From assembly GCA_964016885.1 (NCBI GenBank), contig OZ024741.1, positions 70,928,001 through 70,992,000 on the forward strand: DNA of 64,000 nt. The letters are read 5' to 3'. The position numbers and the translations under genes were made by a program. How positions within the stretch are numbered: the stretch's first letter is position 1; each line of letters starts with the position of its first letter. Below the pieces are notes generated by a model. The model had not been told where the DNA came from and did no database searches. It saw only the letters and a program-made list of their open reading frames with translations. Shown one piece after another: positions 1 to 12,672 of the stretch. The stretch comes from Eledone cirrhosa. Taxonomy: Eukaryota.

Positions 1-450
1 GTGCAATGCCTGTGAGTGAAGATATCTTTTAAAGTGAGGAAAGACTGTGCACTGAGCCAATCCCACTCTCTGAGCGACAGTAGCTATAACCCGAAAAGAA
101 GAAAAGATCAACATCATCGGTAACTACTGAGCCGTAGGTTTTATATCGGAGTTTTCTGAGTTTTCTGAGTTGCCTTCTCCTAGAAGAATGCCCTGACAAA
201 AGCTAGGGGTCCTTCATTCCCAGTGGTTTAACCACGCGGTACGTGTGTATATACATATTTACACACTTTTTGATGGCCGTTGACTCTATTGAGTTCTTCC
301 GCCCTTTGTCAGGTTTTGTCTCGCAGGGTGTCCAAAATCACCCTCCTCACCAAGTAAACTTGGTGGGGTTGCCAGTTTAGTTGCAGACGACCCAACCATG
401 CAACAGGTTGTACTGGGTTACATGTTACCAGTAGTACTCAAGAGTGACCC
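1..450 (-). mobile_element. Non-autonomous RTE-derived element, 5'-UTR-like part (runs off window start)
   Basis: Homologous to 49709-50142 and more distantly to 55321-55727; the 55108 copy carries an RTE-type C2H2 finger remnant. Confidence 0.55.
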
Positions 451-1029
451 AACATACATACATACATATATACATACATTACATATATACATGCATATAT
501 ACATACATACATTACACATGTACATATACATACATGTATGTATGCATGCCTCCATACATATACCCTGACCCACACTCACATATATGTACACACACATACA
601 TACATACATACATCCTTTTACGCATGTTTTTCCATACTTGATGGGTTTGAAGAATCTACTCAAGCATAATTCTAAACCATATCAAAATGGTGAAGAACAT
701 AACGGTAAAAAAAAAGTATATAACACCTTTTGGTAAAGTTGTAGAATAACATAATGAAAATCCAAGAATTAAAAATAAAATCTTTGTAAATTCAGATAAA
801 ACAAAGAAGACATATGAAATAAACTTTAACACATACAATCATCAACAACTACAAAACAACCACCAATAGTCAGAGCCCTTCAGGTTTGGAGGGGCTCCTC
901 ATACACAAAAAATTAGAATACACACCAAACCCCCAATTTTACATATCAAAGTTGGCTGTGTGCAAATAGTTGGAATTGAAAAGTTATACATACAGGTATT
1001 AAATTTTTAAAATTTAACCATCCTCATTT

Positions 1030-1230
1030 TACTTCACTTTCCACACTGGCATGTGCTGGCATGTGTTGGACAGTCCGAGACAAGATATATTGGAGCAACT
1101 TCATCTTGCTCATACATCACATATTTAGCACAGTTTCTATGGCTGGATGCCCTTCCTAACATAACCACCTTAGAGTGCTTTCTGGGTGCATTGTTTTTGC
1201 GATACCAGCACAACCACTTTACACAGTGAC
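1030..1230 (-). mobile_element. Degenerate SINE/LINE 3' end sharing the RTE tail
   Basis: Contains ggctggatgcccttcctaac and a degenerate ccacactggcatg, as in the RTE 3' UTRs of this window. Confidence 0.4.
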
Positions 1231-1475
1231 ATCAATAACAACCTCATGTCTCTAAAGTTGAGAAAATTTGATGAATTTTGCCACAGTAAGAATATTACAT
1301 ACTTTCTATTGAAAATGTAGTTCTCATTATCAAAGGGATAAAACTAAAAAGCTCAGTAGAGAGCACAAATAAATGGCTATGGCTGTCGCTGGTGAGCCCC
1401 CCCCCCCCCCACTGTGGGGACCCCCAGGGCAATTGTCCCCTTTGCCCCATTAAATCTGGCCCTGCCAATAGTACA

Positions 1476-1721
1476 TTAACCCTTTTGATACCAAAATCTC
1501 TGTGACAGCTGTTGGTTTTACAATACTAAAATGTTTATATTTATCTAAAACTTATCGTAAGTTTATGTTAACCTTTGCTAAGTTCTATTCTAAACACTAT
1601 CTTGATAATGAGAAAATTAGTTATATTACAAAATCCCTTTAAATTCTTATTTATTTTCAAAATTATTAGAAAATCATGGACAGAGTGTCTTTCATTAGAA
1701 ATATAGTAATGAAAGAGTTAA
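1476..1721. mobile_element. TTAA-flanked MITE (piggyBac-like ends)
   Basis: ttaa-ccctttt ... gaaagag-ttaa; homologous to 4139-4344 and 3714-3974. Confidence 0.6.
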
Positions 1722-1939
1722 CTTATTTGTTATGATATTTCCTTATAAAATACACAGCTAATGGCAAAAAACATTTGCCCCAGCATGCCACGCAGTGAGA
1801 AGTGATGTTTGTTTGCAACCACTTAGTCATGCCTACATTCACACATGCATATACATACATACATGCAGACAGACAGACAGACAGACACATGTCTGTTGTG
1901 TCATAGCCATGACAACATCCTTAGAGTTGGTGATCTACA

Positions 1940-2233
1940 TTATAAATGCACTTAGTACAATCTGTTAGGTGGTTGATGATAGAAAGAGTATCTAACCAAG
2001 AAAACCTGCATAACAAAGGGTCAGGAGGTCACTTCAGCTGTGTCAAGGACATGACTATGTCCTAAGTGTTGGTACCACTATAAAATGTACTCAATAGAGT
2101 GCATGATCGTATGTCAGGCTCCCAGCCACCCAGAGATCCATGGTGTCACTTGAGTACTGACAGATCTGTGATGACACATCCAACTCTTGCTAACAGAGAA
2201 AACTGATGTTAAACAATGATGATGATGATGATG
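1940..2233 (+). mobile_element. Degenerate SINE with RTE-type 3' tail
   Basis: Ends gatgttaaacaat(gat)n like the RTE tails in this window. Confidence 0.4.
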
Positions 2234-2559
2234 GTGTACATTAGTAAGCATTCATCTAATACTCTACACGCCATTACCTATAGCTGGAGATTTACCAAAG
2301 ATTTAAAAGTAGTTGACTAATAACCAGGAGTCATTCTGGCAGGTGAGATTACCAAAATATGATCATGTAGATTATAATACATACTGGTTACTAATACCAG
2401 ACAGATGTAGCTGTGTGGTATTTGTAGTAGTAGCTGTGGTGGTGGTGGTGGTTTAACACCACATCAAAGGTCTATTAAAAAATACATGATCAGATGTGAT
2501 CCAGCTATGATCATCCTATTTGTTTTGATGGGTTTTTAACAATTATTTTGAATTGTGTA

Positions 2560-2776
2560 ATTACATGGCCTGGTTTTATCATTGCTGAGGTGTGAGTGGG
2601 ATCTTATAGAATTAAGTTCGGCAGTGTTGGAGGAAGTAGGGATTTGTGTGAAGTTGGGTTTGGTGCTGAAAGAAAGTTTTATTGTGTTTCTGTTAAAGAT
2701 GTTGTGGTAGATGATGTGGTAGGAAGTGCTTCTTGAGAAGTTTGAAGAAGATTTTCCCCGATAGATGTGGTGACCT
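2560..2776 (-). pseudogene. Ancient Penelope-like element relic (RT-endonuclease linker)
   Basis: Frameshifted translation TTSIG/KIFFKLLKKHF/HIIYHNIFNRNTIKLSFSTKPNF resembles the recalled PLE motif IGK.F..L..KHFP....IFNRNT.K.SYS..PN. Confidence 0.6.
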
Positions 2777-3028
2777 TTATTTTACCAACACATCAATCAC
2801 CTGAGCCACGCCCCTGATGACATGGCCAGTCAAATGCATGTCTGTTAGTTAACAATCTTGGAACTAGGTATCGAAATGACAAAAGCTCAGCTGTCAAGCC
2901 CCGACTCTTTCTAATATAGTCACACACTACTATCCCAAACATTGAGTACCCTGTTGAATAATGGTTCAACTAGCATAATACTGGTTTAATACTGATATAT
3001 ATATATTTGGTAGTAGTAACTGACTTAC

Positions 3029-3321
3029 ACACCAAATTAGACATGGATACCATGAGTCTCTCACATTTTAACATCTGCTTACGAAGCATTGCAGTAATTT
3101 GGCAGGTATATTTGCACTTATCCTGCTACTGCAACTAACAGATTGAATGCTGCATCCATTGGTGCAGACTGCACTTGCAGAAACCCAACTGGATTTGGGA
3201 CAAAACTAGGTGCAACTGCTCCATTACAGATATATATTTTGTTAACATTCTGAGTATGGTTGGCTCACGTCTATACGTTCAAACTATTTCTTGCTGAGTG
3301 AGTAATTCGAGAGCAGCCAGA
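3029..3321 (-). other. Candidate non-coding or decayed exon
   Basis: Pyrimidine-rich tract ending ctatag at 3323-3322 and donor gtaagt at 3028; unique sequence, but stops in all three frames. Confidence 0.25.
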
Positions 3322-3713
3322 CTATAGATAAATAGATAGAGAGGGGGGGTGAGAGAGAGAGGCATACTTGTGTGTGTGTTAATAACTCCTTTAATTGTTG
3401 ACCTAAATCACACAACTAAAAGTTCCTTCCATGGAAACATTCAATGTTCAATGACAATTGCTATTCTTTTTCTTCTTCGGCTCCTTTTCTCATCCTCCCC
3501 CTCCTCATCTTCCTGATGTCTTTTCCCATTAACACATTGGAATCACTTCACATCCTTCTAGAATGAACCACCCTTCTTCTCTCAAACACTTCCATACATG
3601 CCACAAATATATTGGACATGTGCTAACAGCTGTTTCCAGTCTCCAACCTCTATCAGGTCGCTCAACATGTTAGAAATAGTAGCCAAATCTCCTTGAAAGT
3701 ACATATTACTGTC

Positions 3714-3974
3714 TTAACTTTTCCATTACCATATTTCTATTGAAATTATGCCTACGATTTTTCAAATAATTTTGAAAATAATCAAGATTTTCAAAGGATT
3801 TAGTTATAACTAATTTTCTCAATATCAAGTTAGCATAGGTTTTTACATTGACTTATGATAGGTTTGTTCCTAGATACCCATGCTAGCATGGAATAGATGT
3901 TAAACTTTTAAATAAACAGCTTTGTATCATAGAACTATGGGTGGTTTCATGTAGTTTTGGATCAAAACAGCTAA
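3714..3974. mobile_element. TTAA MITE (opposite orientation) interrupting an older interspersed repeat
   Basis: Reverse-complement homologue of 1476-1721; the downstream flank resembles 38720-38840. Confidence 0.45.
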
Positions 3975-4138
3975 CAGGGAAGAACATATTAGATAATGTA
4001 GTTATAATTTATTGTCTGAATAAAAAATGTTATGGATGGTCACAGCTGGAACACCTTTCATCATAGATCTACTCAATGAGACAATAACAGAGCCTACACA
4101 GGATTCCCAGCCTGCTAAAAATAACAGTCAAATCTCCT

Positions 4139-4344
4139 TTAACCCTTCGATATCAACCTTCCCAAAACGAAACCACCCATTTTAAAGGGTTCTTATTTCA
4201 ATTAAAATCTTCCAACATAATTTATATAATAACTAAATGTTAAGTCACTATTTTAATAATGAAATAATAATTTTAATAAACCCTTCAAAATTCCTCATTG
4301 TATGAGAGTATATTTCATTAGAAATACAGTAATGAAGGGGTTAA
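4139..4344. mobile_element. TTAA-flanked MITE (piggyBac-like ends)
   Basis: ttaa-cccttcga ... tgaagggg-ttaa. Confidence 0.6.
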
Positions 4345-4770
4345 TTCATACCTTATCTGTCTTATAGAAAAGGTGAAAATATTGGATAATGTGACTACAT
4401 TATCCAATATTTCCAATGTCAGAACAAAGAAAAATATAATAAAATGAGTTGGTGATGGCTGGAACAACCATTATCAAATCATCTACTAACTTGTAAAACA
4501 ATAACAATAGCAACTATATAGTTGGGGTGGGAGGATGGAGAGTGGATGGCTTCTCCCTTATTGTCCTCTTTTGACTTTCAAGGACTTAATTTTTAAACAA
4601 AAATCTATTTCAGACAGACATGTTAGGGGAGAGGAGAGAGTGGAGGTGTGAAGGGAAGTGGGTGAAAAGAGAGGAGAAAGATAGATGAAAGAAGGGGGGG
4701 GGGGGGAGATTTGGACTCAAAACAGAGACCCAGAACTAATATCCAACTCTCTAATAAGGGGGTCATCAAT

Positions 4771-4890
4771 TTGGCAGGGTCATTAAAGAGTTGGATATTT
4801 GTTCTGGGTCTCTGGGTTCTGAGATCAAATTACATAGAGGTCCACTTTCATCCTTTCAGGGTCAATAAAGGAAATACCAGTCTCGTACTG
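4771..4890 (+). mobile_element. SINE (tttcatcctttc.gggtc.ataaa family)
   Basis: Homologous to 39797-39900 (+), 49148-49372 (-) and 52091-52266 (-). Confidence 0.55.
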
Positions 4891-5295
4891 GTGCAGCTCT
4901 CTTTCATTCCAGCTGTCACATCCTGGATGTTCCATTGGATTAAGAGAGAGAGAGTCAAGAGGATGTTCATGCTTGCTAGCAATTGCATGGGCAACTAAAA
5001 CTCTTAGCAAAAGGCATAGTACATAACTGTGTGTGTATATGTGTGTGTACATATATGTGTGTGTGTACATATATGTATGTATGTGTGTGTGTATATATAT
5101 AGTTTTTCCATCGATGTTTGGTTATTTGCCAATTAGAGCTCAACCTAGAGGGAGTATATATATACAGGTATTTAACTGTCTATGGTAGGACTAATAATGT
5201 AAGAACTCCATGTAGACCAGAAGTAATAATCCCAACAAGATCAAGTGATAAGAGTTTTTGTTTTTGTAGTAGGCTTTCACCATATCAGATTCCCT

Positions 5296-5336
5296 TATAT
5301 ATATATATATACACATACATATATATATACACATAC

Positions 5337-5407
<71 letters not shown>

Positions 5408-5504
5408 TACATATATATATATATACATATATACATATATACATATATATACATATATATATATATACATATATACATATATATATACATATATATATAT
5501 ATAC

Positions 5505-5575
<71 letters not shown>

Positions 5576-5578
5576 TAC

Positions 5579-5619
<41 letters not shown>

Positions 5620-5622
5620 TAC

Positions 5623-5667
<45 letters not shown>

Positions 5668-5670
5668 TAC

Positions 5671-5707
<37 letters not shown>

Positions 5708-5768
5708 CATATATATGTACATATATATATACATATATATATACAAATATATATATATATATATATAC

Positions 5769-5801
<33 letters not shown>

Positions 5802-5803
5802 TA
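5296..5803. repeat. (TA)n microsatellite with CA interruptions
   Basis: Seen directly. Confidence 0.95.
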
Positions 5804-6313
5804 TGGGGATGACTTGATAAATTCCGACCTCACACACTTACACCTCTCCAAGACAATGTCACTGGACCGAGATCTTTGGTGGTACTCAGTAATAGAGAAG
5901 ATCCGCCTTACCTAAATACAAAGTAGACCCTACTACAGTCAGTAAGCACCTCTAACAAAATACACCCCCGTCCCACTACCGCCCACCCCATCCACACTGC
6001 CCCTTTCAATGTAAAGTTATGTTGGTACCACAACATCCAGGCCGAAACAAATGAGGTAGTGTAGGTGTCACGACAAAAAAACACACAGTCCACGCTGTAA
6101 TGTGGCCGTGTAGGTAACACGGTAAAAACCTCCCAGTTCCACACTGTAAATGTGGTTGGTGTTAGGAAGGGCATCCAGCTGTAGAAAACCCGCCAGACAG
6201 TCCTATGCGAGCAAGACAACCACTCTTGCCTCAAGTGGGAAAACTCCCGTCCAAACCCATGCAAGCGTGGAATACGGGCATTAAACGATGATGATGATGA
6301 TGATGATGATGAT
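5804..6313 (+). mobile_element. RTE LINE subfamily A, 3' fragment
   Basis: ORF end ...[14 protein letters not shown], 3' UTR and (GAT)n tail. Confidence 0.9.
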
Positions 6314-6329
6314 ACACATACATATATAT

Positions 6330-6961
6330 ATCATCATCGTTTAACGTCCATGTTCCACGTTTGCATGGGTTTGGACGGGAGTTTTCCCACTTGAGGCAAG
6401 AGTGGTTGTCTTGCTCGCATAGGACTGTCTGGCGGGTTTTCTACAGCTGGATGCCCTTCCTAACACCAACCACATTTACAGTGTGGGTCTGGGAGGTTTT
6501 TACCGTGTTGCCTACACGGCCACATTACAGCGTGGACTGTGTGTTTTTTTGTCGTGACACCTACACGATCTCATTTGTTTCGGCTTGGATGTTGTGGCAC
6601 CAACATAACTTTACATTGAAAGGGGCGGTGTGGATGGGGTGGGGGTGGTGGGACGGGGGCGTATTTTGTTAGAGATGCCTACTGACTGTAGTAGGTTTTA
6701 CTTTGTATTTAGGTAAGGCGGGTCTTCTCTATTACTGAGTGCCGCCAAAGATCTCGGTCCAGTGACATTGTCTTGGAGAGGTGTAAGTGTGTGAGGTCGG
6801 AGTTTATCAGGTCGTCCCATGTTTTTCTGGGTCTTCCTACTCCGTGGCTACCGTCTATCTTTATTGCCCTGCACTTTTTTTATACAGCTGTCGTCTTTCA
6901 TGCGCATCACGTGACCGTACCAACGTAGCCTTCTCTCGAGTAAACAACATCTTATCCCTCT

Positions 6962-6963
<2 letters not shown>
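6330..6963 (-). mobile_element. RTE LINE subfamily A, 3' fragment
   Basis: [21 protein letters not shown], 3' UTR, (GAT)n tail. Confidence 0.9.
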
Positions 6964-7027
<64 letters not shown>

Positions 7028-7097
7028 AACACACATACATATGTATATATACATATATATATATACACACATACATATGTATATATATATACACACA

Positions 7098-7912
<815 letters not shown>

Positions 7913-7930
7913 TATTATATACATATATAT

Positions 7931-7966
<36 letters not shown>

Positions 7967-7991
7967 ACAGATATATTATATACATATATAT

Positions 7992-8608
7992 AAGTAAGTA
8001 AGTAAAAATTTAAAAAAAAAATTTTTTTTAAAAAGATTTTCTTATTTTACGTCTTTTATATTATTGTTCTGCATCCTCCTGCATTGAACCACCTAGGTAC
8101 TATGACATAACCTGTGTATTTGCTGGCATAGGCGTGCATCTGTGCGCTTATGTTAGTTGATATATTAAATTATCTATATTTATCTCCAAATCACTGATTT
8201 GTCGAGCAAACCTGCCAAAACCACTTCTAAAAAAATTTTTATTTGGGGGTGTTAGTAGGCGTCTGTCATCTTACCATCCCATTCCTTCTGACTAGCCTCT
8301 GTGTCACGTGATTGATTCTTTAGAATCGGCCATTTGACTAGAGGCAGTGAGGATTTCAGTGCATGGAATTCAGTCCTCGCTAGCTGTTCCATCTACCGAA
8401 TTATTATTATTTTTATATGAGCCGCCGGTGTCCGCGCATTGCCTGGAGACTTAGCTGAGAATAGACTCCCTGATGACGCAATGAATTCTCGACAGTTAGA
8501 TTACGTAACTGTCTTTATCCCATTGCAGAAACTAATTAGTTGGAGTGAAAATTTAAGTAAGTAACTAAAAATTTTTTTGAAAAGATTTTCTTATTTTACG
8601 TCTTTTAT
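7992..8608 (+). mobile_element. Retrozyme-like non-coding unit (~550 nt) with terminal direct repeat
   Basis: Direct repeats 7992-8060 and 8555-8608; HHR just upstream of the second repeat; (TA)n on both sides. Confidence 0.7.
8465..8546 (+). ncRNA. Type I hammerhead ribozyme with branched stem II
   Basis: actcc-CTGATGA-c gcaatg[gacagtta/taactgtc hairpin]cattgc a-GAAAC taatta GTT-ggagt; palindromic stem III. Confidence 0.8.
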
Positions 8609-8630
8609 ATATATATATATATTATATACA

Positions 8631-8736
<106 letters not shown>

Positions 8737-8749
8737 TATATTATATACA

Positions 8750-8802
<53 letters not shown>

Positions 8803-8821
8803 GTATATAATATATATATGT

Positions 8822-10220
8822 ATCATCATCATCAACGTTTAACGTCCGTGTTCCACGCTTGCATGGGTTTGGACGGGGGTAGTCCCACTTGAGGCAAGAG
8901 TGATTGTCTTGCTCGCATAGGACTGTCTGGCAGGTTTTCTACAGTTGGATGCCCTTCCTAACACCAACCACATTTACAGTGTGGGTCTGGGAGGTTTTTA
9001 CCGTGTTGCCTACACGGCCACATTACAGCGTGGACTGTGTGTTTTTTTGTCGTGACACCTACACGATCTCGTTTGTTTCGGCCTGGATGGCGCGGCACCA
9101 ACATAACTTTACATGGAACGGGGTGGTGTGGATGGGGTGGGGGTGGTGGCGGGACGGGGTGTAGTTTGTTAGAGATGCCTACTGGCAAGGCGGGTCTTCT
9201 CTGTTACTGAGTACCGCCAAAGGTCACGGTCCAGTGACATTGTCTTGGAGAGGTGTAAGTGTGTGAGGTCGGAGTTTATCAGCTCATCCCATGTTTTTCT
9301 AGGTCTGCCTATTCCGTGGCTACCGTCTATCTTTATTGCCCTGCACTTTGTAATACAGCTATCGACTTTCATGCGCATCACGTGTCCATACCAACGCAGC
9401 CTTCTCTCGAGTAAACAACATCTGATCCCTCTTATCTCTAATTTTTTCCTTAGTTCGTTTATGCTTTGCCGTTCACGTATATTACTGTTACACATCCAGC
9501 GGAGCATGCAAGCTTCGTTCCTCTCTAGTCTGCGTATATCCTCTGCACACAATGCCCAGGTCTCACTACCATGCAACATTGCTGTTCGTATGCAGGCATC
9601 GTACAACCTGCCTTTCATTTTTAGGGAGAACCCTTTAGCAGCTAATAGTGGTATAAGCTCTCTGAACTTTTTCCAACCAGTTCTGACTCTAGCTACAGTA
9701 CTTTCAGAGCACCCTCCCCCACTGCTGATTTTATCGCCCAGGTAACGGAAGCTGTCCACTATTTCTATAGAACCCTCTGCGCAATTGAAAGAGCTAGTAT
9801 TTTGTGGGCACTTGCTGCTACTTATTGCACCAGAACACCGGCCACATGTAAAGTCTATGTTCTTAGTTAGCTTACCTGTGATCCCACTACATCTTTTATG
9901 CACCCATACTTTGCATTTAGGACATAAGATGGAGTTTCTACCTACGCCTTTCCTACATACCGAGCACGACCATTTCCCAGAAGGGACCGCCGCCTTGTTT
10001 TCTTTCCTACAAACTAGAACTTTGGTCTTAGCCAGGTTAATTTTAAGTCCTTTTGACTCTAGGCCGTGCTTCCATGTTTGGAATTTCTTCTCTAGCTCGG
10101 CCATTGATTCCGCTATGAGTGTCAGGTCGTCTGCGTATAGGAGTTAACCATGGGCAGCCTGTCTTGAACTCCTCTGTTATAGCCTGAAGGGCAATAATAA
10201 ATAGTAGGGGGCTGAGAACA

Positions 10221-10221
<1 letters not shown>
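8822..10221 (-). mobile_element. RTE LINE subfamily A, 5'-truncated
   Basis: YADD, PHD-like finger, [14 protein letters not shown]; ORF 9169-10104; (GAT)n tail. Confidence 0.95.
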
Positions 10222-10259
<38 letters not shown>

Positions 10260-10380
10260 ATATATATATATATATATATAATATTCCCAATCTTTGCTCC
10301 CAAATACAGGAAGCCCTCAACAGAGGAGACTGAGGTTAGCTGGACATGCTCACCGGCATATATATACATATATATATTAT

Positions 10381-10651
<271 letters not shown>

Positions 10652-10658
10652 CATATAT

Positions 10659-10690
<32 letters not shown>

Positions 10691-11092
10691 TTTACGTCCG
10701 CTTTTCCCTGCTTGCAAGGGTGGGACGGGTCTTATTCAGCACAGCATCTCTCCACTCGTCACGGTCCCTCGTCATCTCCACCGTGAGCTTCAATGATCTG
10801 AGGTCTGTTCTCACCACCTCCGCCCATGTTTTTCGTGGTCTACCTCTACTACGTCTTCCTTCAACTGGCATTTCCTGGCACTTCTTCACCCATCGGTCAT
10901 CCTCCATGCGCATCACATGTCCATACCACCTCAGTCTCCTCTCCCGTACACTACATTCTATCCCTCTCAGACACAGTTTCTCTCTCAACACATTTATGCT
11001 GGGTCGTTCACGCACATTTACACTGCACATCCAACGGAGCATGCTTGCCTCATTTCTCTCCAGCCGTCGCATATCTTCTGCGGTAGCTGCCC

Positions 11093-11093
<1 letters not shown>
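10659..11093 (-). mobile_element. RTE LINE subfamily C, 3' fragment
   Basis: [23 protein letters not shown]...RGRPRKTW; short 3' UTR and (GAT)n tail. Confidence 0.9.
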
Positions 11094-11181
<88 letters not shown>

Positions 11182-11194
11182 CATATATACACAC

Positions 11195-11262
<68 letters not shown>

Positions 11263-11318
11263 TGAGGATGAAAATACATATATATATATACATTGAGGAT
11301 GAAAATACATATATATAT

Positions 11319-11370
<52 letters not shown>

Positions 11371-11474
11371 TGAGGATAAAAAACTCAGACCTGTATGGGA
11401 GCATCCCAAAGGTTAGCTCAAAAGTGATATATATATATATATATTATTATGTAATAAACAACATAAGGCAACTA

Positions 11475-11534
11475 TTCCATTTACCAGTGGTTTCTTAAAA
11501 GCAAAAGGTTTTGCTTTCAAACCTCAGAATGAAA
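11475..11534 (-). ncRNA. Hammerhead-like motif (mirror copy)
   Basis: Reverse complement of 11781-11840. Confidence 0.55.
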
Positions 11535-11589
11535 AAATCCTGGTTTGTTTATTGAATTTGGATTTTAAAAAACAAAAATACAATCTATA

Positions 11590-11725
<136 letters not shown>

Positions 11726-11780
11726 TATAGATTGTATTTTTGTTTTTTAAAATCCAAATTCAATAAACAAACCAGGATTT

Positions 11781-11840
11781 TTTCATTCTGAGGTTTGAAA
11801 GCAAAACCTTTTGCTTTTAAGAAACCACTGGTAAATGGAA
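11781..11840 (+). ncRNA. Hammerhead-like motif, A9U core variant
   Basis: tttcatt-CTGAGGT-ttgaaagcaa/ttgcttttaa-GAAAC cactg GTA-aatggaa. Confidence 0.55.
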
Positions 11841-11866
11841 TAGTTGCCTTATGCTGTTTATTACAT

Positions 11867-11907
<41 letters not shown>

Positions 11908-11911
<4 letters not shown>

Positions 11912-12485
11912 TTTTGAGCTAACTTTTGGGATGCTCCCATACAGCTCTGAGTTTTTCATCCTCAGTGTATACTGATTAATGTTCAGAGCCATCCTCAGCA
12001 TTCTCGTGTAGCACCCATCCACCATCTGAGTGAGTTTCTTGGTCAGTGTCCAAGTCTCAGACCCATACAGCAGCACAGACTCCACTACAGCAATGAAGAG
12101 GCGGACCTTCAGGTCTCTACGAAGGTCCGACTTCCACACCGATCTCAAGCTGTGGCACGCCGCCCAGGCCTTGCTCTTCCTCTCAACCACATCATCTTCC
12201 GTATTCCCAATCTTTGCTCCCAAATACAGGAAGCCCTCAACAGAGGAGACTGAGGTTAGCTGGACATGCTCACCGACATCCAGAGTTGACATTGCACTCA
12301 GTGCTCCTTTGGGAGCCCCTACATGGACACACTAGAAGAGGAAGACCAAGGTTAACGTATGTTGATGCCCTAAGGACAGACACTGGTCTGTTGGAGACAC
12401 AGGACATGGCAACGATAATGAGGGACAGAGACCGCTGGAGAGAACTCGTCCATGGATCTCGGGAATTTTACCCGCCCTAGAAGAA
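11908..12485. mobile_element. RTE LINE subfamily D with 5' inversion (twin priming)
   Basis: Minus 11908-12237 reads EGFLYLG...VLLYGSETW...PKVSSKV; plus 12238-12480 continues [10 protein letters not shown]...RGRPRLTY...*. Confidence 0.85.
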
Positions 12486-12494
12486 TATATATAT

Positions 12495-12551
<57 letters not shown>

Positions 12552-12640
12552 ATGAAAAATTGAACGGGAACAAAACAGAGAGGCAGTACAAAAAAATGTT
12601 TATTAATTTCACGCTCTTGAGAGTGGGGTGGTGGTGGGAA

Positions 12641-12672
12641 ACGACGTTTCGGGCATAAGCCCTTCTTCAGGT
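12641..12672 (-). ncRNA. Minimal PLE-type hammerhead
   Basis: CTGAAGA-a gggc ttat gccc-GAAACGTC; stem I weak. Confidence 0.65.

Noticed and set aside
2814-2890. Hammerhead (ctgatga...gaaa)
   Set aside because: Could not pair stems I and III adjacent to the core
5908-6672. Recurrent ORF MHGFGREFSHLRQEW... and antisense RTE ORFs
   Set aside because: Antisense of the RTE UTR/ORF; recurrence reflects copy number
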